A stretch of 64,000 nucleotides of DNA. Source: Mobula hypostoma (lineage: Eukaryota). Positions 40,679-54,611 of this stretch are shown one piece after another. The stretch's first letter is position 1, and the number at the start of each line of letters is the position of its first letter. The stretch is taken from assembly GCF_963921235.1 (NCBI RefSeq), contig NC_086097.1:149484001-149548000 (forward strand), in the 5' to 3' direction. Position numbers and translations under genes: made by a program. Under the pieces are notes generated by a model. It saw nothing but the letters and a program-made list of their open reading frames with translations. It had not been told where the DNA came from and made no database searches.

Positions 40679-41440
40679 GTGACCTTTTCAGAATGGCAGG
40701 CGGTGACTAGTGGGGTACCACAAGGCTCAGTGCTGGGACCCCAGTTGTTTACAATATATATTAATGACTTGGATGAGGGAATTAAATGCAACATCTCCAA
40801 GTTTGCGGATGACACGAAGCTGGGTGGCAGTGTTAGCAGTGAGGAGGATGCTAAGAGGATGCAGGGTGACTTGGATAGGTTGGGTGAGTGGGCAAATTCA
40901 TGGCAGATGCAATTTAATGTGGATAAATGTGAAGTTATCCACTTTGGTGGCAAAAATAGGAAAACAGATTATTATCTGAATGGTGGCCGATTAGGAAAAG
41001 GGGAGGTGCAACGAGACCTGGGTGTCATTATACACCAGTCATTGAAAGTGGGCATGCAGGTACAGCAGGCGGTGAAAAAGGCGAATGGTATGCTGGCATT
41101 TATAGCGAGAGGATTCGAGCATAGGAGCAGGGAGGTACTACTGCAGTTGTACAACGCCTTGGTGAGACCACACCTGGAGTATTGTGTGCAGTTTTGGTCC
41201 CCTAATCTATCTGTGGAATTCTCTGCCACAGGAAACTGTTGAGGCCAGTTCATTGGCTATATTTAAGAGGGAGTTAGATATGGCCCTTGTGGCTACGGGG
41301 GATCAGTGGGTATGGAGAGAAGGCTGGGACGGGGTTCTGAGTTGGATGATCAGCCATGATCATAATAAATGGCGGTGCAGGCTCGAAGGGCCGAATGGCC
41401 TACTCCTGCACCTATTTTCTATGTTTCTATGTTTCTATAT
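40679..41440 (+). mobile_element. Relatively young CR1 3' fragment with internal deletion
   Basis: Clean RT frame SGVPQGSVLGPQLF...FADDTKL...RPHLEYCVQFWSP, then a jump at about 41207 to 3'-terminal sequence. Confidence 0.92.
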
Positions 41441-42059
41441 GGAGAGATCAGATTCAGAATGAGAATCCGGTTTATTGTCACTGACCAATGTCATGTAATT
41501 TGTGGTTTTGCAGCAGCAGTACGGACAAAGTTACTATAAATGACAAAATACCTAAATAGTAATCAAGCTCATAGGGTTCTATGTTTTAAAAGGGAAAGTT
41601 TTTGAAATAAATTTTACTGCAAAGGGATTGTATGGCAGGGAGCTGTTGGATTGATTGATACATTCTATTATGGAATATGGAAAGTATAGGATATGCCATT
41701 ATACAGCCTGGAGCTCAGAGTGGTTGTTACATTGCATAATGTGAAATCCTAGACTGGGTAGATTGTATATGGCACTTAAACCATTGGAGATCTGTTCCAG
41801 ATTGTACACTGTAGTGCTTCCAGACCTACGAGGCGGATGGAGAACTAGCGACTGGATGATTGGAAAGAAAACCAAGGCAGAGCAGGGCTGAAGAAGCTTC
41901 TCCAATTGCGTAATTGTGAGGCACATCAGCCAAGAAAAGGAAGTCGGGTTCTAGCTGAGTGTCCATTTTGGAGCATCTTTTTGTGAGTGAGGCTAACATT
42001 TAAGTGAAAGTGCTGCTTTGACTCCTGGTATGACTCTGATCAGAGGTACAGGCAAGGCT

Positions 42060-43900
42060 GGTAAGGTAGGCTTAATATTAGGGTAGGTGTGCTGCTCCTG
42101 CAGGATGTGGGAGACTTGTGGCATTCCTGAAGACTAAATTGTGGGAAATGCACCCAGCTGCAGATTTTGATTGACCCATATTAAGGAACTGGAGTTGGAT
42201 GCATTCAGGATCATTCAGCACGCTAAGATGATCAGAGATAGAAATGTTAGTGAGGTGGTCGTGCTTAAAGTACTGTCAGTAGTTGGGGGGGAAATGTGGC
42301 AGATACAGCAGGGTTTTCCCGTGTCCATTCGTCTCACAAGCAGGTCCACCTTTTTGAATACTGCTGGGGGTGGGGTGTGGGCAGCAGCTGTATTCAGGTC
42401 TGTGGATGTGTGACTTGCTCTGAAGCTCAGCAGGAATGGGTGCTGTCAGAGCACCAGTGACAGCAGACTGCTCAGTTAAGGGGCAGACAGGAGATTCTGA
42501 GGCCACAGAAGAAACACCAGGATGATGTGTTGCCTCATGGATGCCAAGGTCAGGGATATTTTTGAGTGGATACAGAATATTCTCAAGAGAGGGGACAAAT
42601 AACTAGAGGATATTGTACACATTGGTGAAAAAGTGACGAGGTCCTATGGAGTGAGTATAGAGAGTTAGGAAAGAAGTTAAAAAGCAGGAACTAAAAGGTA
42701 GTGATATCTGCATTACTTCCAGTGCAATGTTCTAGTGCAGGCAGGAATAGAATGATAGGCAGGCTGAATCCTTGTCTGAGGAGTTGGTGTAGGGGACAGG
42801 GATTCGAGTTCTTAGATCGCTGTGATTCTGGGAAGGGGTAAACTCTGCAAATGGGATGGTTTGCATCTGAACTGGAGGGGAACCAATATCCAGGCAGAGA
42901 AATTTACAAGTGCTACTTGAGAAGCTTTAAACTAGATTGGCAAGGCATGTGGGACCCTGTGGAATAGAAAAGTTGAGGGGTCTGGAAAAAATATTGTAGC
43001 CGATAACAGTGAGTTTAAAAATCAAGATAGCTAGGAACATGGTAAAAGGAAAGGAAATGTTGATGCTTTAAATTGCATTTATTACCATGCAGGAGGCTTA
43101 TTGGCTAAAGTGGATGAATACAAGGTGTAGATTGGCTCTGGGGATTGGGATTTTATTGCATTGACAAAAACGTGGCTGAGAGAAGGACAGGACTGACAGC
43201 TTGATGCTCCAGAATACAGATGCTACAAGTGTGACAGAGATAAATAAGGGTGGGATAGTAGACACTATCTATATGGACTTTAGGAAGGCCTTTGATGAGG
43301 TTCCATATGGCAGGCTAGCCTGGAAGGTTAGGAGGTATGGCCTTCATTGGTCAGGACATGAAACGCAGGATTTGGGACATTGTATTGTAGTTGTACCAAA
43401 TGTTGTTCAGATTGCATTTAGATAATTGGGTACAGTTTGGTCATCCTATTGTAGGAAGGACATCAAACTAGAAAAAGTGCAGAGAAGATTTGTGAGGATG
43501 ATGCCAAGGCTCAAAGAATTGAGTTATAGGGCAAGATTAGGCAGAATAGGAGACAGAAGCATGACCTTAGAGGTACATAAAATCGTGTGAGGGATAAATG
43601 GGGTAAACACAGTCTTTTTTTCTAATGAAAGGAGTCTTAAAAACTAGAGGTCATAGGTTTAAGATAAGAGGTGAAAGACTTAAATAGTCCTGAGCGGCAA
43701 CTTCGTCATGAAGAGGTTGCATATACGGAATGAGCAGCTAGAGAAAGTGGATGAGGTAGGTTCAATAACAATAGTCAAAATCCTCTGGATCAGTACATGG
43801 ATAGGAGGGGCGTAGAGTGATATGGATCAAACATGGGCAAATGGGACTAGCATGGTCAATATGAGAAGCTGTGGTGAAAGGCCTGTACTAATGCTATATT
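42060..43900 (+). mobile_element. Heavily deleted CR1 (ORF1-like, EN, RT and 3' remnants)
   Basis: YMDFRKAFDEVP motif, degenerate EN start at about 43070, CR1 tail at about 43880. Confidence 0.7.
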
Positions 43901-44354
43901 CAATGACTCGATACAGTTTTATAAGACAATCAGCCATCAGCTCAAGTCATCAGCTATTCTGGGAGCATTAGAGTCAAATGATAGTGAAGTTCAGAGTTGC
44001 TACTTTAAAGCATTAACTTGCAGCTTATTTATTCCAGGAAAATTCAGGCATGCTGAAAGAATGTGGTCTAGAACTTAATAATTGTGCAGAAAATTTCTGG
44101 CTGCTGATGTCACTGAAATAATTTGCATTGGTCTGTAGCATCAAGAAAATAATTGTGGGATTATTCTTGGAATAATATACTATTCCTATTGCTTTTTAAA
44201 AAATATTTTAAAAGGGAGTTTGAAAATGACAAAGCATAATAAACAGGAGGAGGATGAAAACATATGACCTTTTGTGGCTGTTCTGCATTCATTAAGTTTA
44301 CAGCCATTCTGATCTTGAACTCAGCTTTACTTTTCTGCCAGTCACCCATCACCA

Positions 44355-47345
44355 GTCACCTATTTTAATGCTAGGAGCATTGTAAGGAAGGTGGAGTATG
44401 GATTGAAACCTGGAAATATGATGTTGTAGCTATTAGTGAAACGTGGTTGCAGGAGGGGTGTAATTGGCTTCTCCCGTGGAGGGTCAGACACCCTGAGCCA
44501 ATAGGCTGGTCCTGGACTTATTTCCATCTGGCATAGTTTGCATATTGTTGTTTGATTGTTTGTGGTTTTTGTATTGCTATATTTATGCTCTATTCTTGAT
44601 TGGTGCAGCTGTAACGAAACCCAATTTCCCTCAGGATCAATAAAGTCTCTCTGTCTATTCCAGGATTTCATTGCTTCAGGTGTGATAGAATAAGAGGGGG
44701 AGGTGTTGCATTGCTTGTCAGGGAAAATATAACAGTGGTGCTCTGGTAGGATAGATTAGTGGACTCATCTAGGGAGGCTATTTGGGTGGAATTAAGGAAT
44801 AGGAAAGGTGTTGTGATGCTTATAAGGGTGTACTATAGACCACCTAATGGGGACTGAGAACTGGAGGAGCAAATCTGTAAGGAGATAGCAGATATTTGTA
44901 GTAAGCACAAGATTGTGATTGTGAGAGATTTTAATTTTCCACACATAGACTGGGAAGCCCATTCCGTAAAAGGGCTGGATGGTTTGGAGTTTGTCAAATG
45001 TGTGCAAGATAGTTTTTTTGGAGCAATACATAGAGGTACCAACTAGAGAAGGGGCAGTGTTGGACCTTCTGTTAGGGAATGAGACAGGGCAGGAATGGAG
45101 GTATGCGTTGGGGAGCACTTCGGGTCAAGTGATCACAATACCATTAGTTTCAGTATAATTATGGAGAAGGATAGGACTGGACCTAGGATTGAGATTTTTG
45201 ATTGGAGAAAGGCTAACTTTGAAGAGATGTGAAAGGATTTAGAAGCAGTGGATTGGGACAATTTGTTTTATGGGAAGGATGTAATAGAGAAATGGAGGTC
45301 ATTTAAAGGTGAAATTTTGAGGGAATCTTTGTTCCTGTTAGGTTGAAAGGAAAGGTTAAAAGTTTGAGAGAGCCATGGTTTTCAAGGGATATTGGAAACT
45401 TGGTTTGGAAAATAGAGAGGGATCGGCAATAAATTTAGGCAGCTTGGAGTTAATGAGGTACTCGAGGAAATTAGAAAAGCTAAAAGAAGATACGAGGCTG
45501 CTTTGGCAAGTAAGGTGAAAATAAATCCAAAGGGTTTCTACAGTTATGCTAGTGGCAAAAGGATAGTGAGGGATAAAATTGGTCCCTTGGAGAATCAGAG
45601 TGGACGCTTATGTGTGGAGCCAAAAGAGATGGGGGAGATTCTGAACAATTTCTTTTCTTCGCTATTCACGAAGGAGAAGGATATTGAATTGTGTAAGGTA
45701 AAGGAAACAAGAAGGGTAGTTATGGAAAGTTTGACAATTAAAGAAGAGGAAGTACTGGTGCTTTTAAGGAATATAAAAGTGGATAAGTCTCCGGGTCTGG
45801 ACAAGATATTCCCAAGGACCTTGAGAGAAGTTAGTGTAGAAATAGTAGGGGCTCTAACAGAAATATTTCAAATGTCATTAGAAACTGGGATGGTGCCGGA
45901 GGATTGGCGTATTGCTCATGTGGTTCCCTTGTTTAAAAAGGGTTCTAAGAGTAAACCTGGCAATTATCGGCCTGTGATTTTGACGTCAGTGGTGGGTAAA
46001 TTGATGGAAAGTATTCTTAGAGATGGTATATATAATTATCTGGATAGACAGTCTGATTAGGAACAGTCAACATGGATTTGTGAGTGGAAGGTCATGTTTG
46101 ACAAATCTTATTGAATTTTTTGATGAGGTTACTAAGAAAGTTGACGAGAGTAAAGTGGTGGATGTTGTCTATATGGACTTCAGTAAGGCCTTTGACAAGG
46201 TTCCACACGGAAGGTTAGTTAGGAAGGTTCAATCGTTAGGCATTAATATGGAAGTAGTAAAATAGATTCAACAGTGGCTAGATGGGAGACACCAGAGAGT
46301 AGTGGTGGATAACTGTGTGTCAGATTGGAGGACGGTGTGTAGCGGTGTGCCTCAGGGATCTGTACTGGGTCCAATGTTGTTTGTCATATATATTAATGAT
46401 CTGGATGATGGGGTGGTAAATTGGATTAGTAAGTATGCAGATGATACTAAGATAGGTGGCGTTGTGGATGATGAGATAGGTTTTCAAAGCTTGCAGAGAG
46501 TTTTATGCCAGTTAGAAGTGTGGGCTGAAAGATGGCAGATGGAGTTTAATGCTGAAAAATGTACATTTTGGTAGGACTAATCAAAATAGGACATACATGG
46601 TAAATGGTAGGGCATTGAAGAATGCTGTAGAACAGAGGGATCTAGGAATAATGGTGCATAGTTCCCTGAAGGTGGAATCTCCTGTGGATAGGGTGGTGAA
46701 GAAAGCTTTTGGTATGCTGGCCTTTATTAATCAGAGTATTGAGTATAGGAGTTGGGATGTAATGTTGAAATTGTATAGGGCATTGCTGAGGCCAAATTTG
46801 GAGTATTGTGTACAGTTCTGGTCACCGAATTATAGGAAAGATGTCAATAAAATTGAGAGAGTACAGAGGAGGTTTACTAAAATGTTGTCTGGGTTTCATC
46901 TCCTAAATTACAGAGGAAGGTTGAACAAGTTGGGTCTTCATTCTTTGGAGCGTTGAAGGTTGAGGAGGGACTTGATAGAGGTGTTTAAAATTATGAAGGG
47001 GATTGATAGAGTTGATGTGGATAGGCTTTTTCCATTGAGAGTGGGGAAGATTCAAACAAGAGGACATGAGTTGAGAGTTAAAGGGCAAAAGTTTAGGGGT
47101 AATATGAGGGGGAACTTCTTTACTCAGAGAGTGGTAGCTGTATGGAACGAGCTTCCAGCAGAAGTGGTTGAGGCAGGTTCAATGTTGTCGTTTAAAGTTA
47201 AATTGGACAGCTATATGGACAGGAAAGGAATGGAGGGTTATGGGCTGAGTGCAGGTCGGTGGGACTAGGTGAAAGTAAGAGTTCGGCACGGACTAGAAAG
47301 GCTGAGATGGCCTGTTCCCATGCTGTAATTGTTATATGGTTATAT
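44355..47345 (+). mobile_element. CR1 LINE with near-complete but disrupted ORF2
   Basis: EN (ETWL, YRPP, DFN, SDH) and RT (SQHGF, DFSKAFDKV, YADD) motifs and 3' tail; contains a Rex-type 3' tail insertion at about 44470-44655. Confidence 0.93.
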
Positions 47346-47592
47346 GATTATAACTCTTGACTCTCTTGACTTAAACTTCCACTGTATTCTGGGATGAGGA
47401 GTTCCATCTCAGAGAAGAAAATCCTCCTCATTTCTCTGTGTTAGTTCTAATTCTGATATTATACTTCATAAATCTAGATAACTTCACTAGAGGAAAAATA
47501 TTTTCTTCATCCACACCATCAAACATACTCAGAATCCAACATGTTTTAATAAGATTTCCTTTCATTTTTCTAAACACCAATGGGTTTAGGCT

Positions 47593-49013
47593 TTCACCCT
47601 GCCCCTCAAGTTTACCTGGTCCATTTCCAACACCTCCCTCCCCTTTCTAGATCTTTCTGTATCTATCTCTGGAGACAGCTTATCTACTGATGTCTACTAT
47701 AAGCCTACTGACTCTCACAGCTATCTGGACTATTCCTCTTCTCACCCTGTCTCTTGCAAAAACGCCATCCCCTTCTCACAATTCCTCCGTCTCCGCCGCA
47801 TCTGCTCTCAGGATGAGGCTTTTCTTTCCAGGACGAGGAAGATGTCCTCCTTTTTTAAAGAAAGGGGCTTCCCTTCCTCCCCCATCAACTATGCTCTCAA
47901 ACACATCTCCCCCATTTCACGCACATCTGCTCTCACTCCATTCTCCCGCCACCCCACTAGGAATTGAGTTCCCCTGGTCCTCACCTACCACCCCACCAGC
48001 CTCCGGGTCCAACATATTATTCTCCGTAACTTCCGCCACCTCCAGCAGGATCTCACCACTAAGCACATCTTTCCCTTCCCCCCCCCCCGCATTCCGCAGG
48101 GATCGCTCCCTACGCAACTCCCTTGTCCATTCGTCCCCCCCATCCCTCCCCACTGATCTCCCTCCTGGCACTTATCCTTGTAAGCGGAACAAGTGCTACA
48201 CATGCCCTTACACTTCCTCCCTTACTACCATTCAGGGCCCCAAACAGTCCTTCCAGGTGAGGCATCACTTCACCTGTGAGTCGACTGGGGTGATATACTG
48301 CGTCCGGTGCTCCCGATGTGGCCTTTTATATATTGGTGAGACCCAATGCAGACTGGGAGATCGTTTTGCTGAACACCTACGCTCTGCCGCCAGAGAAAGC
48401 AGGATCTCCCAGTGGCCACACATTTTAATTCCACATCCCATTCCCATTCTGACATGTCTATCCACGGCCTCCTCTACTGTCAAGATGAAACCACACTCAG
48501 GTTGGAGAAGCAACACCTTATATTCCGTCTGGGTAGCCTCCAACTTGGTGACATGAACATTGACTTCTCTAACTTCTGCTAATGCCCCACCTCCCCCTCG
48601 TACCCCATCCGTTATTTATTTATATATACACATTCTTTCTTTCTCTCTCTCCTTTTTCTCCCTCTGTCCCTCTCACTATACCCCTTGCCCATCCTTTGGG
48701 TTTTTCCCCCTTCCCCCTTTTCCTTCTCCTTGGGCCTCCTGTCCCATGATCCTCTCATATCCCTTTTGCCAATCACCTGTCCAGCTCTTGGCTCCATCCC
48801 TCCCCCTCCTGTCTTCTCCTATCATTTTGGATCTCCCCCTCCCCCTCCCACTTTCAAATCTCTTACTAGCTCTTCCTTCAGTTAGTCCTGACGAAGGGTC
48901 TCGGCCCGAAACGTCGACTGTACCTCTTCCTAGAGATGCTGCCTGGCCTGCTGCGTTCACCAGCAACTGATGTGTGTTGCTTGAATTTCCAGCATCTGCA
49001 GAATTCCTCGTGT
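47593..49013 (+). mobile_element. Penelope-like retroelement (Neptune-type), 5'-truncated
   Basis: RT C-terminus, Cys linker CKRNKCYTC, GIY-YIG endonuclease (GVIYCVRCSRCGLLYIGET...R..EH) and hammerhead-bearing tail; 13-bp TSD ATGGGTTTAGGCT at 47580-47592 and 49014-49026. Confidence 0.92.
48884..48919 (+). ncRNA. Minimal type-I hammerhead ribozyme motif (best-preserved copy)
   Basis: AGTC-CTGACGA-A-GGGT/CTCG/GCCC-GAAA-CGTC-GACT; all core nucleotides and stems I and II intact. Confidence 0.78.
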
Positions 49014-49324
49014 ATGGGTTTAGGCTCAACTATTTAATCACTCCTCTTACTACTATCCCTTCATCCCAGAATTCAGCCTTGTGAATTTTATTTGAGCTGT
49101 GTCCAGTATCAAGATTATCTCTGCTGAAAAAGAACAAAACTATGTACGTAGTCCAGGAGTGTATTTATCAATCCCTATTTCAGAGGTAAAAAATACATCT
49201 GTACACAAACCCTTTTAGTCAATATTGCTTTCTGCAGTAACTTGAGAATAAATTTCTATTTCCCATTTGTGAGGTTTACCAGATCTCTCTATGCAGCAAC
49301 ATTCTGTAGTCTCTATCTCCCTGA

Positions 49325-52130
49325 TTATTCTCTTGCTCTTGATGTATGTATAGGATGCCTTGGGATTCTTTTTAATCCTACTTGCCAAAGATTTTTCATG
49401 CCCCCTTGTGGTTTTCCTAATTCCCATTTTGCGTTCTTTTCTGGCTTCTTTATAATCCTCAAGGGTTCTATTTGTTTCTAGCTTCCTAAACTTTACTTAA
49501 TTTTTCTTTTTCTTGACTAAATGCACCACATCTCTTGACATCCAAGTTCTATTACCTTGCCATACTTCCTTCTGACAGGAATATACCTATTCTGTGCTCT
49601 GTGCAGTTGGTCTAACCCTCCATATGTTAGATGTGGAATTGTTCAAAACATATCTGTTCCCAATTAACTCTCCCTAATTCCTGCCAAATGCTCTTGTAAT
49701 TTGCCCTACTCCAATTTAATACTTTCCCGCAAGGTCCAAATTTATTCTTACCCATCATCGTCGTCATCATCATCACATGCCATGTTGTTTGACTATGATT
49801 GTTCTTGGTAAAGTTTTCTACAGAGATGCTTTGCTATTGCCTCCTTCTAGCAATGTCAGTGATCCCAGCCATTATCAATATGTTTGAGATTGTCTGCCAG
49901 ATGTCAGTGGTTGCATAACCAGGACTTGTGATATGCACCAGCTGCTCATATAACCATCCATCACCCTGCTCCCATGGCTTCACATGACCCTGATTGGAGG
50001 GGATAAGCAGGTACCCTGCAAGTGAGCAGAGTGAAGAAGCCCCTTGCACCTCCTTTGGTAGAGATGTATCTCCACCCTGCTACCCAATCCTTGTCTATAG
50101 CTATCTTAAAACTTAAGGAGTTGTGGTCACTGTTCCCTAACTGCTCACCTACTGAAAGATCAATCTCCTTAAAAGGCTTATTATCCAACACCAGGTCCCA
50201 GTACACCCCCTCTACCTGCATCATCTAGAATACATATTGATTTAAGAAATGCTCTTGGATGCCTCATTCTGCCTCATCTAATCCTCTTGCACTCAGAAGG
50301 TCTCAATTTATACTAGAGAGGTTGATGTCTCCCATGCCAACAGCCCCATTGTTTTAACACCTTTCCTTAATCTGCCTGCATGTCTGTTTTTCAATGTCCT
50401 AGTCAGCCTATTGGGGGTCTGCAGTACAGTCCCATCAGAGTGATTGCACCCTTATTTGTGAGTTCTACCCATATAGACCTAGTGCATGTGCCCTCCATTT
50501 TGTCTCCTTGGAAGCACAACTCCCCTTCCCTCTTTTTACTCCCTCTCTATCTTCTTCTAAAACATTGAAACCCTGGACATTAAGCACCTTCTCTTAAACC
50601 AAGTTTCTGAAATGGCCACAGCATCATAGTTCCATGTACTGACCCATGCCCTAAGTTCATCGCTTGTATCTATGTTACTCCCAGTATTAAAACACACAAG
50701 TTTCAAGAAAATCAAATCAGAGCAGGACTGTACTATGAATGGTAGGGCACTGTGGAATGTAATGGAACAGAGGCACCTAGGAGTACAAGTGCAGTGCAGG
50801 AAGGATGCTGAAAAGAATTCTGAGGGACAAGATCTACCAGAACTTCTATAGACAGAATATGGTTAGGAGCAGTCAACATAGATTTGTGTGTGGGAAGTCA
50901 TGTTTGATGGATCTTTTAGTTCTTTGAAGAGATAACTGAAAAGATAGCTGAGTGTAAGGCATATCATGCTGTCTTTTTGGACTTTAGCAAGGCCTTCCAC
51001 ATGATCCCTATGGTAGGCTGGTTTGGAAGGTTACGTCCCATGGATTGCAGGGAGAGCTCATTAGGTTAATTCAAAATTGGCTTGGAGGTAGGAAGTGGAG
51101 AGATGTGGTTGAAGTCTGTTTCTAAAATGGAGACTGGTGACTAACGGCGTGCTGCGGGGATTGGTGTTGGGACCCTATTATTCATCATTTACATCATTTA
51201 GAAGTGTATTGTTCACTGGAAGCGCATCACAGGTGGATATCGTGGTGAGAAGGTCGTTTAGCATGTTGGCCTTCATCAGAGTACGGGAGTTATTACAGGA
51301 CATTATGTTGAAGGTTAAGTTGTTGATGAAACTGTACTCAAAGTACTGTGCAGAGTTTTGATTGCTCTGTTATAGGAAATATTGTTAAACCAGAAAGACT
51401 GCAGAAAAAAATTACAAGGATATTGTCAGGATGAAAGGCTTGCCCTGAGTTATAGGTAGAGGTTGGCCAGGCTAGGTGTTTATTCCTTGGAACATAGGAG
51501 AATGAGAAGCAGCCTTTCATAGTCGTGTTTAAAATTGTGAGTGGAATAGGAGGGAGGATGATAATGGCCTTTTCCACAAGGTAAGGAGCACAAAACTAGG
51601 AGACATAGATTTAGGGTGGGGTGGAAAAATTTTAAATGTACCGGAGGGAGAATATTTTTCTCACACAAGCTGGTAAATGTGTGGAATGAAATGCCAGAAT
51701 TAGCAAGTACAGTGGTATCACTTAAGAATCAATTGGATATGCACATGGAGAGGAGGAACCTTTATCTTTCCAGTTCGGTAAAGCGACTCAATCCAAATCA
51801 GCGAATGTCTGTTTCTCTTCATTAATGCTGCCTGACTTGAGTTCCTCGAGTGTTCCAACTCACCTTGGATCTTATATGACCTCATCTTCTGGACCATCCC
51901 ACTGTGAGGGACCTTCTCAAATGTTTTCCTAAAATCCACATAGCAATATCTATTGGCCTACCCTCATCATCTTCATCATTTTCTAAAAAATCAGTCACAT
52001 TTGTGAGAGAAGACCTCCCCAGCAGAATGCCAAGTTGACTATCCCCATATTTTAATGCTTTTCCAAATGCAGGTAGATACTGCCCCTAACCATCTCTCCA
52101 TAGAAGCCTTACCAGCCTATAAGTTCCTGG
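49325..52130. mobile_element. Cluster of CR1 fragments in both orientations, plus an unrelated repeat at about 49750-50085
   Basis: Minus-strand EN motifs (LG.SDHNS), plus-strand RT and 3' remnants, and minus-strand MDFRKTFEKVPH. Confidence 0.7.
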
Positions 52131-53072
52131 CCAGTAAAATAAACACAAAATATCATTCAAAAAGTTAGAATATTCTTTTTCTTTTCAGAACTGAAAGGCA
52201 CACAAAAAATCAATCAAAAATACAATCTGACATAAATAAAGAAAAGACAATTACTTAACTGTCCCACAAGAGCTGATTTCTTCCATGTTTTTGAATAAAG
52301 ACTGCCAGGCTTGGACTGTTTAATGCAATACAGGTGTGCTAGCAAAGGCAACAGCTCAAGTGTAGGGCAATATGTGGAAAATTGCGATGTCCGGTTGGCC
52401 TGCAGGAAGAATTCTATCGGGCAGCTGGTTGCGTATGGAGGAAAATGATTGTGCAGGTACCAGCCTTGGAAATTTGAAATTCTGTGAGGATTAGATCTGT
52501 CCAAAATTCTCCTTTACTATTCTTCCAGCTGAAGAAGATATCCTTACATTTTTCAGCATTATATTCCATCTACACTACTCATCAATTCACCTTACCAAAG
52601 CTGTTCCCTCATGATTAACTTTTCCATTCATCTACATCATAGTAAGTGATTGAAGCTTCAGCATTAATCCTGAACCATGTAAACTGTTATAGCTTGCCAA
52701 CTTGAAAATGATGGACTTATCCTCACTCTTAGTTTCCTGTTAATTTGCATGAATAGCTATCGTCATTTAGTATAGGTAACATAAATAGATGTGCCTATTG
52801 AATTAGGTTCATTTCTTTGAATGGTTTAATTTGTGAAACTACACATCCAGTTTCTGTGCTTCTGCATATTTCCTTTCTGCACTGAAAATACACTTCCAAT
52901 AGTGGGAATCTAAACTCCAATGATACAGAAGAGACCCTTCCAATGGCTGTTCTATGCTAATAGCATTACCCTTTCATCCATTGTTCAGGAATTGTTTTGC
53001 TGTTACACTAGGTCGAATGAAATGGGATAGCATGATACTCGTAGCACATAATTGTGTATGATTGGTTTGCAG

Positions 53073-53237
53073 GTACCCTCCTCTGTGGTCTGATCAGTTA
53101 TCCAGATGTACTACTTTGTAATGTTGATGACTGGCAGACAGCATCTGTACTCAATGATGGTGCTTGTGGTGGTGTTAATTCAAACACACAAAGGAAGAAC
53201 CTCACGTCAAATATTGGAGGACAGCAGTTCAGTGGCT
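53073..53237 (+). CDS. TG: Thyroglobulin exon 27 equivalent, copy a
   Basis: tttgcag|GT ... GGCT|gtaagt; 165 bp, phase 1-1. Encodes GTLLCGLISYPDVLLCNVDDWQTASVLNDGACGGVNSNTQRKNLTSNIGGQQFSG, versus human GAIICGLLSSPSVLLCNVKDW...CPGV...LGDQEF. Confidence 0.92.
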
Positions 53238-54611
53238 GTAAGTAAAAATTTGTGTGATTACATCCTGATCTATTAATTACTCAGCAGTGTTCAGTTTTAA
53301 ATAAAGGAAAGGATGAAGGATTTTTGCTTTCCATTTCATCGCCTCAAAATGTACCAAAACAGTTTACACACAATTAACTTTTAAACTGTAGCCATATTAG
53401 AATATAGGAGAAGCTGAGTTAAAAGGCATGCACTAAGTTTCCATTAGCAGCAATAAAATATGAACAGATGGTTGAGAAATTAACACTACCCACCAGACTG
53501 GGGCTAGCTCACTTTCTATGATCCAGATAGAAACAGCAGAAAGGTTGGCACAATACTCACAGTGCCAAGTCTGAAAATGGAACTAGGAATATTCAAGAAT
53601 TGGTGCTTAGTCTAACATGAGATGTAATTTTTTTTTAAGATAGTTGTTATCTCAGCTCTAGAAATGAGCCTTGCAGGAAAGCTGACCAAGGATTAGAGGG
53701 CCACAGGATGTTGCCTCTATCTTATTGAACAGTCTATCACTGAATAGTCACAGACAAAGAGACAGCAAAGCCAATATTCTGAGGATGTCATGGAACAACA
53801 GTGCAGTGTGATATGCAGTGGTTTGGCATGAATTTGCATTTATAATTCCACACATCATTGAATTCCAAATTTGAATATATCACAATGAAGAACAGTATGT
53901 GCACACTGTCACATCCCTTAAGGGAGGAAAAAATGTTGGAAAAGCAATGTTTCTGATATACACTTGTGGATCCTTTTAGAAGCATATGTTGGCAAAAAGG
54001 TCAATGAAGACAGATTCAGTGAAGAGTCAACTGAGCTTTAATAGCTTGAATGTGAAAATTAATTAATTCAGAGCTCAGTTTTCATAGAGTTTTGGATGAT
54101 TCTGAAAACTTTCCAGCTTACAGTTGTACTGAACAGTTTGATTTATATAATCAGATCTGCTTCATTCTCACGAAGATGCAGTTCAGTGAAAGTGTGGCAC
54201 TGGCTTGCATCCAATGGATCAGTGGCTGTTGCATTGGCTATCTGGCTGCTCATTGTTCAAGTTTATTCTCATTGAACTGTATACATGTACACCAACGAAC
54301 AAAACAATGTTCCTCTGGACCAAGGTGCACAATGCAGTACATATAACTCAGGCAATAACACAATGTAATTTTACACAAATAAATTAACAAATAATATAAT
54401 ATTTTTCTAAAAGATTGACATTTAGCAGAAGATGCATTGGAGTAATTTGTCATAGTCTATTAACATTAAGAATATAATCATGTAAATATTTTTGGAATGA
54501 CACTTTATTTCTGTTGCATTTTCACAAATTTTAAACAATGGCAGTATGAAAATATATAAGCATAAAATAGAAGGACAAAACATGTGGATTTTTGAGCTGA
54601 TCTGAACTTGC

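Larger units (their letters stand above)
47370..54225 (+). repeat. Intragenic tandem duplication unit A (contains exon 27a, expanded by later insertions)
   Basis: Blocks 47390-47590, 49030-49320 and 52770-54225 are colinear with 56285-56490, 56495-56795 and 57460-58817. Confidence 0.85.
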
